A stretch of 64,000 bases of DNA, from contig CM119371.1 of assembly GCA_051294905.1 (NCBI GenBank), forward strand, positions 2,358,001 to 2,422,000, in the 5' to 3' direction. Positions 60,523-64,000 of the stretch are shown piece after piece. Source of the stretch: Botryllus schlosseri. Its lineage: Eukaryota. Both the position numbers and the translations under genes were made by a program. The stretch's first letter is position 1. Each line of letters begins with the position of its first letter. Under the pieces are notes generated by a model. The model was given only the letters and a program-made list of their open reading frames with translations, was not told the DNA's origin and ran no database searches.

Positions 60523-63414
60523 AAAACGTCACAAATAAATTGCCACGATAAGATTGATTAGATGAATTAATACCAGGCGTTCCCAAACTAGGCTCGCGAC
60601 TCCAATGAGGTCTCTTTTCTATTCTTTGATGTCGGGTAGACAAAAACTAAATACCGATGGCTACTACAAGAATGTCAATTAAGAGGATGCTATCGGCGGC
60701 TCATTTCTGAATATTTTAGTTCATTTTTTTTAATGGAAGAAAAAACGACCTACGTGATATGCGATCCGGGAAAACAAGGTATCATATCTGTCGAAGCGTC
60801 ATTTTAAAGGGCCATCTAATATAACACAAGGGTTGTGTATTGTTATTAGAATTAGGATTAAATTGTCGGGATCATGAAAACCAATACGACGGGAGTACCA
60901 TGTGGTGAAAGTTTGATACAAACACAGGAAATGTGTGAACGGCGCAGTCGGCTAGGTCAGTCGTGTATCGTTATCTGTATTTCGCGTGACGCGAATTATG
61001 ATAGTCCTAAATATGTTGCTATAGTATTGATTGAGTTTCTTAAACTCAAGGATGGAGGTGAACGAGTTGCTTATAGTTTCCCTCGCACATGCGGTGATTA
61101 CTTCATCAACGTATTTAATTGCGATTACGATTACACCAAAATCTCATTTACGATTATATTGTTAGAGAGACGGTAAATTCTCAATATAATGCGGTCTCGT
61201 ATTGAAGATGAAATCTGTTAAAAATTCTCGGCCGCAACCATTTTCTTCAGAAAGCTTCCGTAATGAAGCTGCAGCTAAACGAAAATTCCAGCTACCCCCA
61301 TTACTCGCCAGTTGAATTAGTATTGTCTATAATTGTGGCGCGGCTGCGAGTCTCTGTATTGCTTAACCAGTTGCGAACTTGCTGGCACGATATCTTCACT
61401 TGCACTTGCTCGACGCGATGTCCATTGCGATTTCTCGCCAGCAAGAATATTTTATTATGGCTATCCGACAGTCCACGCTAACATGGTGTATGGCTATCGC
61501 GGCAGATTCAAATGTTGAGTAAACAATTGCGCAATATTGATTGCTAGGCTACCCGATTGAAGCATTGCCATATAAAAGAAAGTGAGCCTAAAATTCTCTC
61601 CTAAAGAATGATTGTACTCGCAGACAAACATATTGATACCTAATGTCTGTCTACCACTTATTCCATATATTGTGAGTTGCTGATTCACAGAGCAGCTTGG
61701 CTATGATTCATATCTGTATCAAACCATGAATGCATGATGTGCATGTGCATATGATGCCGCTGGACATTAAAGGTCAAGTAATAGAGTTTGAATACTTGCT
61801 AAATTTTGAACCGATTCACTGTGCCATCCCTGAATGTGGAAAGTCAAGCGCCAACCTACGCATATCAGTTTTACCAATCAGTTCTGACACAGTCTGACAC
61901 GGTCGGGGATTAAGACAGGACATAGCGGACAAGGACCTGGACGCACCATCATTATGCTATCTTGTCTATTATGAGTTTACGCACCTTTAATTACCTCGAG
62001 CCGATGCATCAGGGCAGTTCTTTTCAACAATGAGTCGGAAATTCCATCGTTACGTATGTTAATATCCGACGATTATAGTAATGTTTATTCCAATTACCCC
62101 TCACGAATGCCAGCCTAACATACTCGAGTTTATTTTAATATACCGTATTCTATCGGTCAACGTTCCTGTTTACTACCACAAAAAGTGAGAACGTGCCACT
62201 TGATGTTTGCTTAATTCCGATTGCCTCAGTCCTAAATTACCCCATAAACTGATTTCGCAGGATTGCCGTAAACGCAACATCTAAAGCTTTTAATTGCCGA
62301 TTGCCGTGTACCGTGCACATTATGAGCAAGACGGTGCTCAACTAAAGTAAACATTGTTTGTGATAGCGTTGTATCGAAAATCATGTTGCGTGTTGTTCAC
62401 AAGACCTCATATTAAACTTTGGATGGCCAATGATGACGTCGCAAACGCATCCGGCACGACTAGTTCGACGAAAAATTTCGCTTTCGCGAAATTCTGAGCG
62501 TTACTGTATCGGTTCACAATACGTTTTATGTCGCAGTTATAAGCGATTCCCTTGCGTACTGGTATGGTTGTGTGCCTTATGTAGTCAAACTAGCAAATAG
62601 CTGCTCTGTGATGACTAAAGTGCTGGGTAGTGGGGGGGGGGGGTAGTGCTGGGGCTCTGACACCCTGACTATGGCTCGGTGCTGAATTGAAAATGACTCG
62701 ACTCGTATCGAGTCAAAATTATAAAAGTAGAATTAACTTGTGACTCAGGACCTTGTGACTTGGTAAGCACCATGGGACACATCTTACTATTCCAAAGTGC
62801 AACAATTATTGAATCCGCCTTGAACGGAAAGTAGGCTACTGCTGATTTCAAAAATAAAAATTATAATTTGATCTGGGCCCTGTAACGCGTCCCAAAATTA
62901 CCATGACATTAATAAAAATCGTCATAGTTTAGCAGCGACAAAATGATCACAAAAATCAATGAATGTGGGGTTTCAATTGTTCGCTACAAAGCTTGAATAC
63001 AGGGGTTGTTACCTAGTCACAAGATTCCGAGTCCCAAGGTAATCTTACCGTATAGTTTTGACTCGAATGAGTCGAGTCATTTTCAATTCATCCATGCATT
63101 AAGTCCGAGTCGTTTTGCGGAGGGTCGAGTCCGTGTCCAAGTCATTGCGTTCACAGTTCAGTTTCGAGTTCATGTCATATTCAAACCAAATTTCTACAAC
63201 TTTGCTTGAGTGATATCAAATGCCTCACATTCATTATATGCTGATTTTCATCATTTCTAACAGGTTTTGACCCTAAATTGATGTACGAGTACTGCTAGAC
63301 GAAATATCGATAATAATGCAACTTTACATTTTTGGAAAGTTGCAATGAAATGCAGTATTGGCTGCTAGAGTTTTGAGTCATGTGACTTGGGCATGACTCG
63401 AGTTTACTGGAAAA

Positions 63415-63907
63415 GGCGTGAGCGTATTTTGGAACGAGATCGCCAAACAATCTGTGTCTGCCAGTTGCGTCTTCCTTGGATTTCCTTGCCTCTCCCCCGA
63501 ACGCTGTCTATTCTCGCTTGCCTTTGGCACTTAATCGTTTTTTGTGACTTCCCGCTGCTCGGACTCGCTGTTGAGTTCTCTGCTACGTCGCACTGTTGTC
63601 ACAATCTTTCTATTTTTGGTTTCGTATCATTTATCAATGCTGGCTGTCGTACTGACTTTAATTGAAACGAAAGTATAGTCGTATCTGAGGAATATGTAGA
63701 TATGTTTTCCCCATTCTGCAACCCAGAGTTTTGTAACGTTCTCTGTCTTTTCCTGTGAGCGGCTGAATATTCCGATGACTTTCTGTCAAAACTTGGCGGT
63801 TTGCGTTTGATTTAGTATCATTTTATTCGACGAGTCAATTTCCTGTACTTAGCTTCCGTTTTGTGAGAAACTTCGCTTTACGCTGTTGTTTGAATTCCAA
63901 AACTGCC
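63415..63907 (-). pseudogene. Possible RBM28-like C-terminal pseudo-exon (K/R-rich, several stops)
   Basis: Acceptor cctacctttcag|, then (R)AVLEFKQQRKAKFLTKRK and a late SKIRSR. Resembles the post-RRM4 region and PKIR motif of RBM28; weak. Confidence 0.35.
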
Positions 63908-64000
63908 CTGAAAGGTAGGAATCGGTTGATTTGAGCGGGAAAAATAGCCCTATATCACATTAAATTGATATATTTTCTAAAATATTGGGCTAATCACAAT

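Overview
AT-rich eukaryotic DNA with GT-AG introns. It is probably from a marine invertebrate or basal chordate; an ascidian is my guess, not provable from the sequence alone. Most of the window is transposon debris, and the supplied ORF track is largely noise. One intact gene is clear: a single-ORF 392-aa IAP with three BIR domains and no RING (34757-35935, +). The ORF track misses three things. (i) A tandem cluster of decayed, intron-containing RBM28/Nop4-like pseudogene copies lies on the minus strand (1-10227, possibly also 63415-63907). (ii) A spliced minus-strand gene (ATG 46093) has two clean exons encoding an Asn/Gly-rich RHIM-like stretch, then a damaged CARD-like segment cut by a MITE. 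(iii) A decayed Chapaev3-like transposase lies at about 43300-44750. A truncated Ty3/Gypsy element (about 1890-4595, -) keeps a U UUA AAC -1 frameshift site and a predicted pseudoknot between gag and pol. More than a dozen non-autonomous hAT elements can be delimited exactly by terminal inverted repeats (TIRs) and 8-bp target-site duplications (TSDs), several nested up to three deep. There are also two RNase H-bearing LINE 3' fragments, two tRNA-type SINEs and a trimeric higher-order minisatellite. I found no CRISPR array, rRNA, true tRNA or prokaryotic system. All protein family calls are by-eye motif recognition, not database searches.
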